In this document: one piece after another, positions 34,730-48,958 of the stretch
Layout of the letters: each line of letters begins with the position of its first letter
Numbering within the stretch: position 1 is the stretch's first letter
Assembly (NCBI RefSeq): GCF_964204645.1
Contig: NC_134028.1
Location: forward strand, 21,386,345 to 21,450,344
Length of the DNA: 64,000 bases
Source of the DNA: Tubulanus polymorphus
Lineage: Eukaryota; Animalia; Nemertea
Reading direction: 5' to 3'
Notes under the pieces: generated by a model
What the model saw: the letters and a program-made list of their open reading frames with translations, nothing else
Told to the model about the DNA's origin: nothing
Databases searched by the model: none
Position numbers and translations under genes: made by a program

Positions 34730-37700
34730 GGTAGGGTCTGAAACGAGGCCCCAGCCCCCGCCGCGGCTGCTGCCACACGTCTGAAACACGGTCCTGGCCC
34801 CGGTCCCTGCCGCGACCGCACACGTCTTAAACACGGCCCCGGCCCCATTTAGGATGATACAAAAGATGCTAAAATTATAGATTATTTAGTATTTGATACT
34901 AATACGTATTGCAAGTAAATGTATCGGTTAGAGTTCTATTTGAATTTACTTTGCTCAGTTTGGTGAATCTTAAGACAACTTGCCATCATGATCTTCCGGA
35001 AACTGAACACTGTGCTCTAATAAAAAAGCTTGACTCCAACAAGCAAGAACACGGAAAGTAAAGCTAGGGATAAGTTGATTTTTGTATGTGTGAGAGAGTG
35101 CATGGAAGTGTGAATGAACCTTATTCTTCTATGTAACATTTCCTTTTTTTGGGGCGGTATATCCTACAAGCTATGCTTTTTTTAATCTCCCCTCTGATCA
35201 ATTATGGCAACGTAATTAGTGTAAAAACATCATGATATAATTGTATATTATTTGTTATAAATTGCTATAAGGCCACACCAAAGAAAAGTCCTGTTTCTCG
35301 GACGGGGCAATCACCAAAATGGGTAGGTCGGTAGGGAATTTTTTTCTTCTTTTTATATTCTTCTGACAGTGGGTAGGTCGCCGTAAATAATTTTTTTACG
35401 GGACCAAATTTCCAGTTAAAAATATGATTTGCAGCTAGTCGACCACAATAATAAAGGGAAATTGATGTTTTTGTATTATATTTTACACTTGGAAACTGTT
35501 TATAAAAAGAAGAACATCAAAATCTTGAATAGGTGTATAATATATTGTATACGGAATTCCTGGAATTTTACAATCCAAGGTCACCATCAATATCTGATTA
35601 GCAACGTTGTCTGAGCACACAAGTACCATATCCAGAATAAAATTGTTAAATCCGATGTAATAAGATATTTTTATTTTGTCGTATCGGTGCCGACATCACG
35701 ATTTCACGAAAAAGAAAAAATATTTACGAGAATGGAGAGCTTTGTAGTCGGTCGGCCACATATATATTTTTGAAAATAGTTATTTCATCCACAATTTTGA
35801 AATAGGGTCGGTAGGCAATTTTATTTTATTTCGAAAATAATTATTTGAAATGACGAAATATCGGGTCAGTCAGGCCCGAGAAACAGGGTTTTCTTTTGGT
35901 GTGGCCTAATTTTCAGAATTAAACCATTTTACAGTTGCTAGCCGCCATTTTGTTAGGGTACTTTTGTCCCGTATTGTTGGGTCATTTTTTCTCTTTTTTA
36001 AAAACTATCCGTGATGTGTGTTGTATCATATTTCATCTGTCCATGAATGGATTTTGACAGTTTCAGCAACATTCAAACCGCATAAATCTCTAGTTTTCAG
36101 TTATGTAAGAATCATTTTTCAAATTTGCAACAATGCGACATGAGAGCGATATAAAAATTGGCGGTCAGTTTTTGCCGTGCGCATAGAAATCCAGGGTACT
36201 GAAATTTGAAGTTCGTTATTTTCAGAAATAATTTTCTAAAAAATCCAAACATTTCAAGCACTGTGCGCATAAACAACCCCTTTTCGGTGAACTTTGAAAT
36301 GTTAAGATATCTTGCCTAGTTTTTTTCCTATGGCACTTTAACTGCAGCGCGTGTATTGTCATTCCGAGATTCGGCGCTGTTTTCTTTGCGTGTATTTCAG
36401 TATATGGGTGTTATTTTTTCATTTTTACTACACTTGTCTCTACGGAAAATGGTTTTAATTGTTGGTACGAGTATCAGGTTTTAATATTACGTCATTTATG
36501 CAATAATAGATCGAAGACATTAGAGATGTTGGAGTTTAAGGGATTTTTTGGACCAGTTTTAGCAGCGAGACTGAGCGGCATTTTGATCACGTATTCGAAG
36601 TTGCGCGCGGGAAGAGAATATATAGGCCTATATTGAGATGGAAGAAGAAAAGAAATATAACACTCAAAGTCGAGTATGATGACCATTTAAATCAGTAGTC
36701 TATCAATTAATTTACATAAATATCTACTGAAATTAGATGGATGGAGAAGTGGTTAAAAAGCTGGACAAATGGGGTGGGGCAAATATTCAGCTACTTTCTA
36801 TGAATACTTTCTATTAAGTACACACAAGATTGATTAGCTCGGGAAAAAAATATAGGAAAACGTTTTCTTGCTTTGGTGGTGAAATATCAAGTATCAAGTC
36901 CTAATGTCAGACACAGGTGATTAAAAGTAAAAAGTGACGTCTACCATCACAAAAACGCAAGAAGTGTGTGGATTGAATTTACAACAAAAGAGTGATATTT
37001 TGGGTTTTCTTGGGTGCATGTACGTAAGCCTCTGCCTGCTGTAAAAGCGGCTACCAATACAGCCATTACGAACTAGCGCCGGAGAACGGAATACAGTATT
37101 AATGCCGTAATATTTAAACCTGATACTCGTACCAACAATTAAAACCATTTTCCGTAGAGACAAGTGTAGTAAAAATGAAAAAATAACACCCATATACTGA
37201 AATACACGCAAAGAAAACAGCGCCGAATCTCGGAATGACAATACATGCGCTGCAGGTAAAGTGCCATAGGAAAAAAACTAGGCAAGATATTTTAACATTT
37301 CAAAGTTCACCTGAAAGACGGCATTTATGCGCACAGTTCTTGAAATGCTTGCATTTTTTAGAAAATTATTTCTGAAAATAACGAACTTCAAATTTCAGTA
37401 CCCTTCATTTCTATGCGCACGGAAAAAACTGACCGCCAATTTTTATATCGCTCTCATGTCGCATTGTTGCAAATTTGAAAAATGATTCTTACATAACTGA
37501 AAACTAGAGATTTATGCAGTTTGAATGTTGCTGAAACTGTCAAAATCCATCCATGGACAGATGAAATATGATACAACACACATCACGGATAGTTTTTAAA
37601 AAGAGAAAAAAAACGACCCAACAATACGGGACAAAAGTACCCTAACAAAATGGCGGCTAGCAACTGTAAAATGGTTTAATAAATGGTTTATTATCAACTA

Positions 37701-38553
37701 GTAGATACATAATATTCAACAAAAAAGGAACTAAAGGAAATAAATATCTCAGTTTCCCTAAAGTAAATTATCTACATGAGCTTGTCGGGTATTGTATAGG
37801 TGTTGGCACAAAATAATGCACAACCTACACAAAGTAAACACTACTATTTAGTTTTAGATCTTTAGTTTATAGGTCTTAGGTTATATGTCATACTTAACCC
37901 AAGAACCAAAAAACCTTAGGTTCTGAAATATTGAGCTGCTTCTTCGTGCGGTCTGTCAACTACCCTGGTCTTAACATAAATACTGCACGTATGCTTAAAA
38001 AATTGATAAATTTATGAAAGGTGCCTGTAGATTTCGTGGAACTTTTAATGCAATACCGCGGAGCGTTATCTTAGGGGTTTCTTGATTGAACAAAATCATG
38101 TCAATGAGCCTGTCATCTGATTCTCCATCAACATTTTTTCCATGGGCAGATTTAGGGGTGGTCTCAGTGCCCAGATTCCTGCCTCCCCACTGGGATTATA
38201 GCCACTACGTAAAATAACTCGTATTAACAAACTGTATTATTTCATCAAGATTCATTCAAATATAGCTCGCAAAGCAAGCGGCCAATTAGATCATCGGTTG
38301 TCCAGACAGAGTCGATTGAAGCTTAACCGTTCAAAGTTGAAATAGTCTAAATTTGAACTTTTGATAGATATTAGAAAATCTCTTTCCTTTTTTATATTCT
38401 TTTTTCCTTACATTTGACCATTTAAACAAAAAAAGAGTGGCCGCGGCCGTGTTTAATACGTGTGCGGCCGCGGCAGGGACCGGAGCCGGGACCATGTTTC
38501 AGACGTGTGGCCGCGGCCGCGGCCGGGGCCGGGGCCGTGTTTCAGACCCTACC
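34730..38553. mobile_element. Second copy of the MULE-like element, with an extra nested foldback
   Basis: Same TIRs, TSD and site. Confidence 0.82.
35923..37675. mobile_element. TTAA-flanked foldback element with ~570-bp near-perfect TIRs (piggyBac- or Kolobok-like, non-autonomous)
   Basis: TTAA|ACCATTTTACAGTTGCTAGCCGCC...GGCGGCTAGCAACTGTAAAATGGT|TTAA; absent from the other two MULE copies. Confidence 0.82.
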
Positions 38554-40587
38554 AAAGATGAACTGCTCAATTTACATAGTGTGCGAAGCAAAGATGGCGC
38601 TATACAGGGCCTACACGTAACGTCACTGAGCGTCATATTGACCGTAAAGCGCCATAAAGTCAAAGTGTATAATTCATATTCACTAATAGTCGTCCACTTC
38701 CCTCGTAACTAGCCATAGTAAAAATGCAGTCGTGTATTAGGAGCTTGTACGTGAGATTTGCGGACAAAATCACGATTCGATACCACACAGGCGGCATGAG
38801 AGGAAGAGATCGCAGTTTTTTTTCCGCAATCTCTCCCTCCCATGTGTGAAATGTCATTCTGGCCAAACGAAGCCATCAGACCATTTTGAATGCTTAATGA
38901 GACATTCCCACTTGTAAAATAACCCAGCTACATTGACCATAAAAGTTATTTATACAGTATTTTCAAGTAAATGAAAAAAACATTCACACATTGACCACCA
39001 CGATCATCGCCCCTTTGCAACGTGTGTCAATGATGTTAAAACGTTATAATCAAGACTTGAATCATCAATTGCAAACTTAAATTAATAATTGAAGGCCGCC
39101 ATATATTTCACTACAAATTTCAATGGTTTTTTAACAATCCATCACAAAGAAGTGCAAAAGTTCAATGAATCATATAAAATTGATCCCAACTAGACATAGA
39201 TATTCTTGTAATTTATGGAGGTTATATTGTTTGTAACAGAATTAGATGAATGAATAGTATATTGATATTATATATACATCGGAATCTTCAATGTTAAATT
39301 CTTTTACCAAACAAAATCCATAATACGATTTACAGATCAACTACCACAAAATGATGTTTACCTCTCCTACAATACAGAGACTCATCGGTTTTGTCTGGGG
39401 GATATTTATACCTATGGGGGGTTTTCCGGGGGTACTATTCCTGTTACCACGCAGAATACATTGCAGAAAACCGCGCGAGGACATTCGAAAAGCTAAAAAG
39501 GCCCATACGTGTCAGAGCCCCTCATCCCTCACCCCTATCCGATCCTGATAGGCGATATCCCTTTTTCCTTCGACGTATCAGTCGAATAAAACACTCCTAT
39601 CCGTGTTTCGTGTCGTTCTATGCATTTGTATACATGCTACGGTCATTCCGCCTGATGATGGCTGTTTCTTAACAACTGAAATGTTCTGTGGTGTATTGGC
39701 TCTGTTGAAGAGCGATTCCAAAAATACATATATAGAGATTCTCATTATGCATTTTTGGTTGTGTATCAAAGGATCATAAAGTTACGTCACGTGAACTGGT
39801 GACGCCATTAGCACAAATAAATTCAAATCCGTCCACTCAAAAAAAACATCTCGGTGAAATAGGTGATATATCAGTTAAATGAAGAAATCCCACACTTCGA
39901 ATTAAATTATAGGTTAGAATTAATCATTTTGAAACCACATATTATTTTGTGGTTTCAAAATAATAAATTCTATCCTAAATTTTAATTCGAAGGGTGGGAT
40001 TTCTTCATTTATCTACAGTATACACGGATTATAGTGTTTATTCGACAACTGATATATCAGTCTTGGACCATGGGCCCTCAGACTAGTGGGCTGTTCAGAA
40101 ATATAGATCCTCAAAAATATCTTTCGTGAATTTCAGTTTGGGACTTGCCTAATGATAATCCTCAATAGTCACAGTGTTTCAAATATACACAGCGCTATGC
40201 ATTAACAATATGTACTCCGGATGTTTCTTTCTGACAGTATATCTATGCCATATAGTTTTTGCATATATTTACACAGTAGAGAATATACATAGTTGTTATT
40301 TCATATGCATACACTATCCCATTACATAATATTTGTCATTTCATTATTCCTGAATAGATTAACTTTTTCGACTTTCATTTCAATTTTCAAAACACATTTT
40401 ATAGCGAGTGAGATTGAGTTGACGACAACGATGATACGGCTGCGCAATGGAGTCTGTAGGTACAACCAGTGAATCTTTGCGCAGCAAATTTTCACACTGA
40501 AAGCTTCTTTTATAAATCTAAATTGAAGCTTTACGAATATTAGTGCGTGGAGTGTATTAGCTTAAGAAACATCTCACTCACTTCAAC

Positions 40588-41586
40588 ACGTACGGAAATG
40601 GGACGACGCCGCAGTTCTCCTCGGGAAGCTCCTTGTGTTCTATAAATTTGAAACTTCAATAGGCTTCATTTCCACTGCATGTCTATATAGGAATTCCTGT
40701 ATCAGTGATAGGAATCATTCTTAATGTTCTATCAGTCGTCGTTTTGAATCAGATGTCAACAAAAAGCTTTAATTCAGCATTTTTTCTGTTGAAGTATCTC
40801 AGCGTGGCCGATAGTGCATTTTTGGTCACCGATTTGAACTATAGAGGTTTAAGATACCTTATAACGATGATACAATTCGGGTTCGATGTATTCAGGATGT
40901 CGTCTGCGATGCAACCATTCATGCTGATTTGTACAGTAACCGCGAAGGGCATAGCTCTACAGAATCGTAATTGGACGATAGTTCTAATGAGTTTAGACAG
41001 ACTCGTTCACGTTGCGTTTCCTTTTAAAGCCCTTAAATGGTTCACACGTAGGCGATGCCTTGTCGTAGTGATTTCATTGACGTTACTTTCAATTTGTAGT
41101 CAAATGTATAAATACTTCTACCTCAGACTCAAATGGGCGAAGCGAACTTGTCCGTACAGGAAACCCGGTTATAGAGTGATTTTTGGTAGGGTAAATACAT
41201 CTGTAGGTCGGTTTTACAGTCCTACCTTAAGTTCGTTGGCACCGTTAACGTTTCTCGCAGCGTTCGCGGTCGCAACGCTGATATTAACAATGCAAATACG
41301 CAGGCGTCAAAAGGAAGTGGCTGCAAGTACTAGCGACAAAAATTCGACGCAAGCGATGAAAATGACATTATGTATCATAGGTCTACATGCATTGTTTGAA
41401 TTGCCCGGTGGAATAAACCACATTCTGATTGGTTTGAAACGTTATAAAGTGATTAGATATCCAATTGAAGGAATTGCACATCCCGTGGTTGGTTTGCTCA
41501 ATAGAATCGATTCAGTTAGTAATTTCATTGTTTTTGTTCTAGCTAGTCCTTCTTTCCGTAAATCCTTTAAGAATATTCTGTTTTAA
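40588..41586 (+). pseudogene. Class A GPCR copy 5, pseudogene
   Basis: Start ATG changed to ACG at 40588 and TAC changed to TAG at 40660-40662. Confidence 0.88.
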
Positions 41587-41613
41587 TATCGATCATTAAC
41601 ACACAAAGATGAA

Positions 41614-43716
41614 GGTAGGGTCTGAAACGAGGCCCCAGCCCCCGCCGCGGCTGCTGCCACACGTCTGAAACACGGTCCTGGCCCCGGTCCCTGCCGCGAC
41701 CGCACACGTCTTAAACACGGCCCCGGCCCCATTTAGGATGATACAAAAGATGCTAAAATTATAGATTATTTAGTATTTGATACTAATACGTATTGCAAGT
41801 AAATGTATCGGTTAGGGTTCTATTTGAATTTACTTTGCTCAGTTTGGTGAATCTTAAGAAGACAACTTGCCATCATGATCTTCCGGAAACTGAACACTGT
41901 GCTCTAATAAAAAAGCTTGACTCCAACAAGCAAGAACACGGAAAGTAAAGCTAGGGATAAGTTGATTTTTGTATGTGTGAGAGAGTGCATGGAAGTGTGA
42001 ATGAACCTTATTCTTCTGTGTAACATTTCCTTTTTGGGGGCGGTATATCCTACAAGCTATGCTTTTTTAATCTCCCCTCTGATCAATTATGGCAACGTAA
42101 TTAGTGTAAAAACATCATGATTTAATTGTATATTATTTGTTATAAATTGCTATAAGGCCACACCAAAGAAAAGTCCTGTTTCTCTGACGGGGCAATCACC
42201 AAAATGGGTAGGTCGGTAGGCAATTTTTTCTTCTTTTAATAGAAAAAAAAATTTCGGGTATTCTTCTGACAGTGGGTAGGTCGCCGTAAATAATTTTTTA
42301 CGGGACCAAATTTCCAGTTAAAAAGATATAATTAGCAGCTAGTCGACCACAATAATAAAGGGAAGTTGAAGTTTTTGTATTATATTTCACACTTGGAAAC
42401 TGTTTATAAAAAGAAAAACATCAAAATCTTGAATAGGTGTATAATATATTGTATACGGAATTCCTGGAATTTTACAATCCAAGGTCGCCATCAATATCTG
42501 ATTAGCAACAACGTTGTCTGAGCACATAAATACCATATCCAGAATAAAATTGTTAAATCCGATGTAATAAGATATTTTTATCATGTCGTCTCGGTGCCGA
42601 CATCACGATTTCACGAAAAAGAAAAAATATTTACAAGAATGGAGAGCTTTGTAGTCGGTCAGCCACATATATATTTTTGAAAATAGTTATTTCATCCACA
42701 ATTTTGAAATAGGGTCGGTAGGCAATTTTATTTTATTTCGAAAATAATTATTTGAAATGACGAAATATCGGGTCAGTCGGGCCCGAGAAACAGGGTTTTC
42801 TTTTGGTGTGGCCTAATTTTCAGAAAATAAACACAGCCAATTATATTGTTCATTTTACCCCACAAGTAGATACATAATATTCAACAAAAAGGAACTAAAG
42901 GAAATAAATATCTCAGTTTCCCTAAAGTAAATTATCCACATGAGCTTGTCGGGTATTGTATAGGTGTTGGCACAAAATAATGCACAACCTACAGAAAGTA
43001 AACACTACTATTTAGTTTTAGATCTTTAGTTTATAGGTCTTAGGTTATATGTCATACTTAACCCAAGAACCAAAAAACCTTAGGTTCTGAAATATTGAGC
43101 TGCTTCTTCGTGCGTCTGTCAACTACCCTGGTCTTAACATAAATACTGCACGTATGCTTAAAAAATTGATAAATTTATGAAAGGTGCCTGTAGATTTCGT
43201 GGAACTTTTAATGCAATACCGCGGAGCGTTATCTTAGGGGTTTCTTGATTGAAAAAAATCATGTCAATGAGCCTGTCATCTGATTCTCCATCAACATTTT
43301 TTCCATGGGCAGATTTAGGGGTGGTCTCAGTGCCCAGATTCCTGCCTCCCCACTGGGATTATAGCCACTACGTAAAATAACTCGTATTAACAAACTGTAT
43401 TATTTCATCAAGATTCATTCAAATATAGCTCGCAAAGCAAGCGGCCAATTAGATCATCGGTTGTCCAGACAGAGTCGATTGAAGCTTAACCGTTCAAAGT
43501 TGAAATAGTCTAAATTTGAACTTTTGATAGATATTAGAAAATCTCTTTCCTTTTTTATATTCTTTTTTCCTTACATTTGACCATTTAAACAAAAAAAGAG
43601 TGGCCGCGGCCGTGTTTGATACGTGTGCGGCCGCGGCAGGGACCGGAGCCGGGACCATGTTTCAGACGTGTGGCCGCGGCCGCGGCCGGGGCCGGGGCCG
43701 TGTTTCAGACCCTACC
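41614..43716. mobile_element. Third copy of the MULE-like element
   Basis: Same TIRs, TSD and site. Confidence 0.82.
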
Positions 43717-45751
43717 AAAGATGAACAGCTCAATTTACATAGTGTGCGAAGCAAAGATGGCGCTATACAGGGCCTACACGTAACGTCACTGAGCGTCATA
43801 TTGACCGTAAAGCGCCATAAAGTCAAAGTGTATAATTCATATTCACTAATAGTCGTCCACTTCCCTCGTAACTAGCCATAGTAAAAATGCAGTCGTGTAT
43901 TAGGAGCTTGTACGTGAGATTTGCGGACAAAATCACGATTCGATACCACACAGGCGGCATGAGAGGAAGAGATCGCAGTTTTTATCCGCAATCTCTCCCT
44001 CCCATGTGTGAAATGTCATTCTGGCCAAACGAAGCCATCAGACCATTTTGAATGCTTAATGAGACATTCCCACTTGTAAAATAACCCAGCTACATTGACC
44101 ATAAAAGTTATTTATACAGTATTTTCAAGTAAATGAAAAAAACATTCACACATTGACCACCACGATCATCGCCCCTTTGCAACGTGTGTCAATGATGTTA
44201 AAACGTTATAATCAAGACTTGAATCATCAATTGCAAACTTAAATTAATAATTGAAGGCCGCCATATATATTTCACTACAAACTTCAATGGTTTTTTAACA
44301 ATCCATCACAAAGAAGTGCAAAAGTTCAATGAATCATATAAAATTGATCCCAACTAGACATAGATATTCTTGTAATTTATGGAGGTTATATTGTTTATAA
44401 CAGAATGTGATGAATGAATAGTATATTGATATTATATATACATCGGAATCTTCAATGTTAAATTCTTTTACCAAACAAAATCCATAATACGATTTACAGA
44501 TCAACTACCACAAAATGATGTTTACCTCTCCAACAATACAGAGACTCATCGGTTTTGTCTGGGGGATATTTATACCTATGGGGGGTTTTCCGGGGGTACT
44601 ATTCCTGTTACCACGCAGAATACATTGCAGAAAACCGCGCGAGGACATTCGAAAAGCTAAAAAGGCCCATACGTGTCAGAGCCCCTCATCCCTCACCCCT
44701 ATCCGATCCTGATAGGCGATATCCCTTTTTCCTTCGACGTATCAGTCGAATAAAACACTCCTATCCGTGTTTCGTGTCGTTCTATGCATTTGTATACATG
44801 CTACGGTCATTCCGCCTGATGATGGCTGTTTCTTAACAACTGAAATGTTCTGTGGTGTATTGGCTCTGTTGAAGAGCGATTCCAAAAATACATATATAGA
44901 GATTCTCATTATGCATTTTTGGTTGTGTATCAAAGGATCATAAAGTTACGTCACGTGAACTGGTGACGCCATTAGCACAAATAAATTCAGATCCGTCCAC
45001 TCAAAAAAAACATCTCGGTGAAATAGGTGATATATCAGTTAAATGAAGAAATCCCACACTTCGAATTAAATTATAGGTTAGAATTAATCATTTTGAAACC
45101 ACAAATTATTTTGTGGTTTCAAAATAATAAATTCTATCCTAAATTTTAATTCGAAGGGTGGGATTTCTTCATTTATCTACAGTATACACGGATTATAGTG
45201 TTTATTCGACAACTGATATATCAGTCTTGGACCATGGGCCCTCAGACTAGTGGGCTGTTCAGAAATATAGATCCTCAAAAATATCTTTCGTGAATTTCAG
45301 TTTGGGACTTGCCTAATGATAATCCTCAATAGTCACAGAGTTTCAAATATACACAGCGCTATGCATTAACAATATGTACTCCGGATGTTTCTTTCTGACA
45401 GTATATCTATGCCATATAGCTTTTGCATATATTTACATAGTAGGGAATATAAATAGTTGTTATTTCATATGCATACACTATCCCATTACATTATATTTGT
45501 CATTTCATTATTCCTGAATAGATTAACTTTTTCGACTTTCATCTCAATTTTCAAAACACATTTTATAGCGAGTTAGATTGAGTTGACGACAACGATGATA
45601 CGGCTGCGCAATGGAGTCTGTAGGTACAACCAGTGAATCTTTGCGCACCCAATTTTCACACTGAAAGCTTCTTTTATAAATCTAAATTGAAGCTTTACGA
45701 ATATTAGTGCGAGGAGTGTATTAGCTTAAGAAACATATCACTCACTTCAAC

Positions 45752-46921
45752 ATGTATGGAAATGGGACGACGCCGCAGTTCTCCTCGGGAAGCTCCTTGT
45801 GTTCTATAAATTTGAAACTTCAATACGCTTCATTTCCACTGCATGTCTATATAGGAATTCCTGTAGCAGTGATAGGAATCATTCTTAATGTTCTATCAGT
45901 CGTCGTTTTGAATCAGATGTCAACAAAAAGCTTTAATTCAGCATTTTTTCTGTTGAAGTATCTCAGCGTGGCCGATAGTGCATTTTTGGTCACCGATTTG
46001 AACTATAAGGGTTTAAGATACCTGATTACGATGATACAACTCGGGTTCGATGTATTCAGGATGTCGTCTGCGATGCAACCACTGATGCTGAGTTGTACAG
46101 TAACCGCCAAGGGCATAGCTCTACAGAATCGGAATTGGACGATAGTTCTAATGAGTTTAGACAGACTCGTTCATGTTGTGTTTCCTTTTAAAGCCCTCAA
46201 ATGGTTCACACGTAGTCGAAGTCTCGCTGTAGTGATTGCACTGACGTTACTTTCAATTTTTAGTCAAATTTATAAATACTTCTACCTCAGACTCAAATGG
46301 ACGAAACGAACTTGTCCCTACAGGAAACCCGGTAATAGGGTAATTTTTGGAAGGGTTGATGTATCTGTCGGTCGGTTTTATGGTCCCACGTTAAGTTCGT
46401 TGGCACCGTTAATGTTTCTCGCCGCGTTCGCCGTCGCAACGCTGATATTAACAATGCAAATACGCAGGCGTAAAAAGGAAGTGGCTGCAAGTACTAGCGA
46501 CAAAAATTCGACGCAAGCGATAAAAATGACATTATGTATCATAGGTTTACATGCACTGTTTGAATTGCCCGGTGGTATAAACCACATTCTGATTGGTTTG
46601 AAACGTTATAAAAAGATCAAATATCCAGTTGAAGGAATTACAGATCCCGTGGAAGGTCTACTCAATAGAATCGATTCGGTTAGTAATTTCATTATTTTTG
46701 TTCTAGCTAGTCCTTCCTTCCGTAAATCGTTAAAAAATATTCCGTTCAAATGTCGATCGTTAACACACAAAGATGAACTAGACTTACATAGTGTGCGAAG
46801 CAAAGATGGCGCTATACAGGGTCTACACGTAACGTCACAGTGGGTCATATTGACCGTAAAGCGCCTTCAAGTCACGGTGTATAACTCATATTCCGTAATA
46901 GTCAAATTCCCTCATAACTAG
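45752..46921 (+). CDS. Class A GPCR copy 6 (long tail, duplicate of copy 3)
   Basis: Differs from copy 3 at a handful of residues (I>S, A>T, Y>N, N>D, V>E). Confidence 0.88.
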   Translation: MYGNGTTPQFSSGSSLCSINLKLQYASFPLHVYIGIPVAVIGIILNVLSVVVLNQMSTKSFNSAFFLLKYLSVADSAFLVTDLNYKGLRYLITMIQLGFDVFRMSSAMQPLMLSCTVTAKGIALQNRNWTIVLMSLDRLVHVVFPFKALKWFTRSRSLAVVIALTLLSIFSQIYKYFYLRLKWTKRTCPYRKPGNRVIFGRVDVSVGRFYGPTLSSLAPLMFLAAFAVATLILTMQIRRRKKEVAASTSDKNSTQAIKMTLCIIGLHALFELPGGINHILIGLKRYKKIKYPVEGITDPVEGLLNRIDSVSNFIIFVLASPSFRKSLKNIPFKCRSLTHKDELDLHSVRSKDGAIQGLHVTSQWVILTVKRLQVTVYNSYSVIVKFPHN

Positions 46922-48328
46922 TCACAGTAAAATAAATCCGGTCGTGTATTAGGAGTCTGTGAGATTCACGGGGAATGACGATTATAGATATTGCGCACAG
47001 TGTTGGACCCAGGCGTGCGCCCCCTATTCTTTCCGAGCAGAAAATGCTTTGCAATCATGTTGCTTTCGTATGCCCTCTCCCCTTCAAAATGCTCGATCCG
47101 CCCCTGGCACAGGTGACATGAGAGAGGCGAGCACTGATGAGATTGTGCCTTTTATCTGTAATCCCTCCCTTCACCGTGGGAGATAGATATCATTTGACAA
47201 AACAAAGCCAAAAGATCGTTTTGAAACGCCAAATAAGACACATTCCGACTTTCAAAAGATCTAGCTTGGTATCTATTGAACATTGTCCCCATGAAACGTG
47301 GGTAAAAATCCGTCACCTTTTGGACGACCAATCTTGTAAAACTGCTGTTAATTCATTAGTTGTTTTCAGGTGAGACTACGCAAACTCTTTGCTGGCTGGT
47401 ACATCTGCATCCCATATTGAAAAGCTGCAACTTTTCAAAAACAATGCAGCACGTTTAATGACGAGAACTATAAAAATGTGATCATATTACTTCTGTTTTA
47501 CGTAATCTAAACTGGCTTCCCATCTCGGAAGGAGACAACAAGTTTTACTACTTGTTTTTTTTTTTGCTCCAGTGTATTTGCGAAACCTTTTTACTCAGTA
47601 TGTTCCTAGTCGACCATTTAGATCTAGCAATGATCCTACAATTTTAGTTATACCTTATTACTGTCGTGCTACTGGACGAAATGCTTTTACTTTCATGGCA
47701 CTAATTTTATGGAATGTACAACCATAGGAAATTCGAGAATGTCCAACTGTCTCAAGATAAAAAGACATTTACTCATTTCCCCCCACGATCATTGACCTTT
47801 CGGATCCTTATAGGCGATATCCTTTTTAACTACAACGTGTATGGAACGACTAAAACACTCTTATCCGTGTTCCGTGTCGTTCTATGCATTTGTATACATA
47901 CTGCGGTCATTCCGCCTGATGATGGCTGTTTGTGTTTCTTTCTATGCTCAATAGTTATCTCAAAAATACATATATAGAAATTCTCATTATGTATTTTTGG
48001 TTGTGTATCATAGGATTGTACATGTACGTTACGTGGACTGGTGACGGCATCAGCAAAACAAAATCAACATACCCTCCACCAAAAATATAGAAGATTTATG
48101 ATATATTTTTCTTGTGAGTTTCGGACCAATAGGCCCTCGGACTAGTGGGCTGTTCCGAAATATAGATCCTCAAAATTATCTTTCGTGAATTTCAGTTTGG
48201 GACTTTTCTTATGATAATGCTCAATAGTCACAGCGTTTTCAAGCAGCGCAATGCAATAACAATTGTACTCCGGATGTTTCTTCGTGAAAGTATACCTATT
48301 TAGTTTTCGCAACTATTTACACAGTAGG

Positions 48329-48435
<107 letters not shown>

Positions 48436-48775
48436 ATTAACCCTGGACCCTATCACAGATCCTTCATTAAGGATGACGATGACGATGAGAATATTTATTC
48501 CCGATACCAACTTTGGATAAATGAGTGTGTTACAAAAGGCAGACGACGGCCCGGTTCGACCGGTGTCATTATCCTTTACGCGAAGTCAAAGTAATTGGCA
48601 AAGTTGTTTGGAACAGCAAAAACAATTAAACGGACTAGCAATGGATCACACAGAGATGACATCGCTATAGGATATTTCTAAATCTAATCACTCTTCATTT
48701 TAGTCAGCACCGCAGAAACTGAAGAAACGACTGAGATGAATAAAGATATAATTGAGTTTAAACGTTGTTTTTCAG

Positions 48776-48958
48776 TGTGTGTTTATTTTAGTTCTCACTA
48801 TGGTCGCTGCGAGCGCTGCGGTTGTTAACGGTGACTGGGTTTCATGCTACCTACGCAGTATGAACTGCAGTTCGGAATGTAGGATGCAACCATTCAGCAA
48901 AGAATTCTGCTACGGTCAATGTTTCAGGAAGGGCTGCTTTTATAAATGCCGTAAATAG
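48776..48958 (+). CDS. Second copy of the Cys-rich peptide (2 extra nt after the putative acceptor; I>T, D>G)
   Basis: Near-identical duplicate. Confidence 0.55.
   Translation, partial: CVFILVLTMVAASAAVVNGDWVSCYLRSMNCSSECRMQPFSKEFCYGQCFRKGCFYKCRK

Larger units (their letters stand above)
33420..40587 (+). repeat. Additional tandem copy of the GPCR + MULE + upstream-module unit (~10417-15365)
   Basis: Near-identical to 10.4-15.4 kb and 40.6-45.7 kb apart from the nested foldback. Confidence 0.9.
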
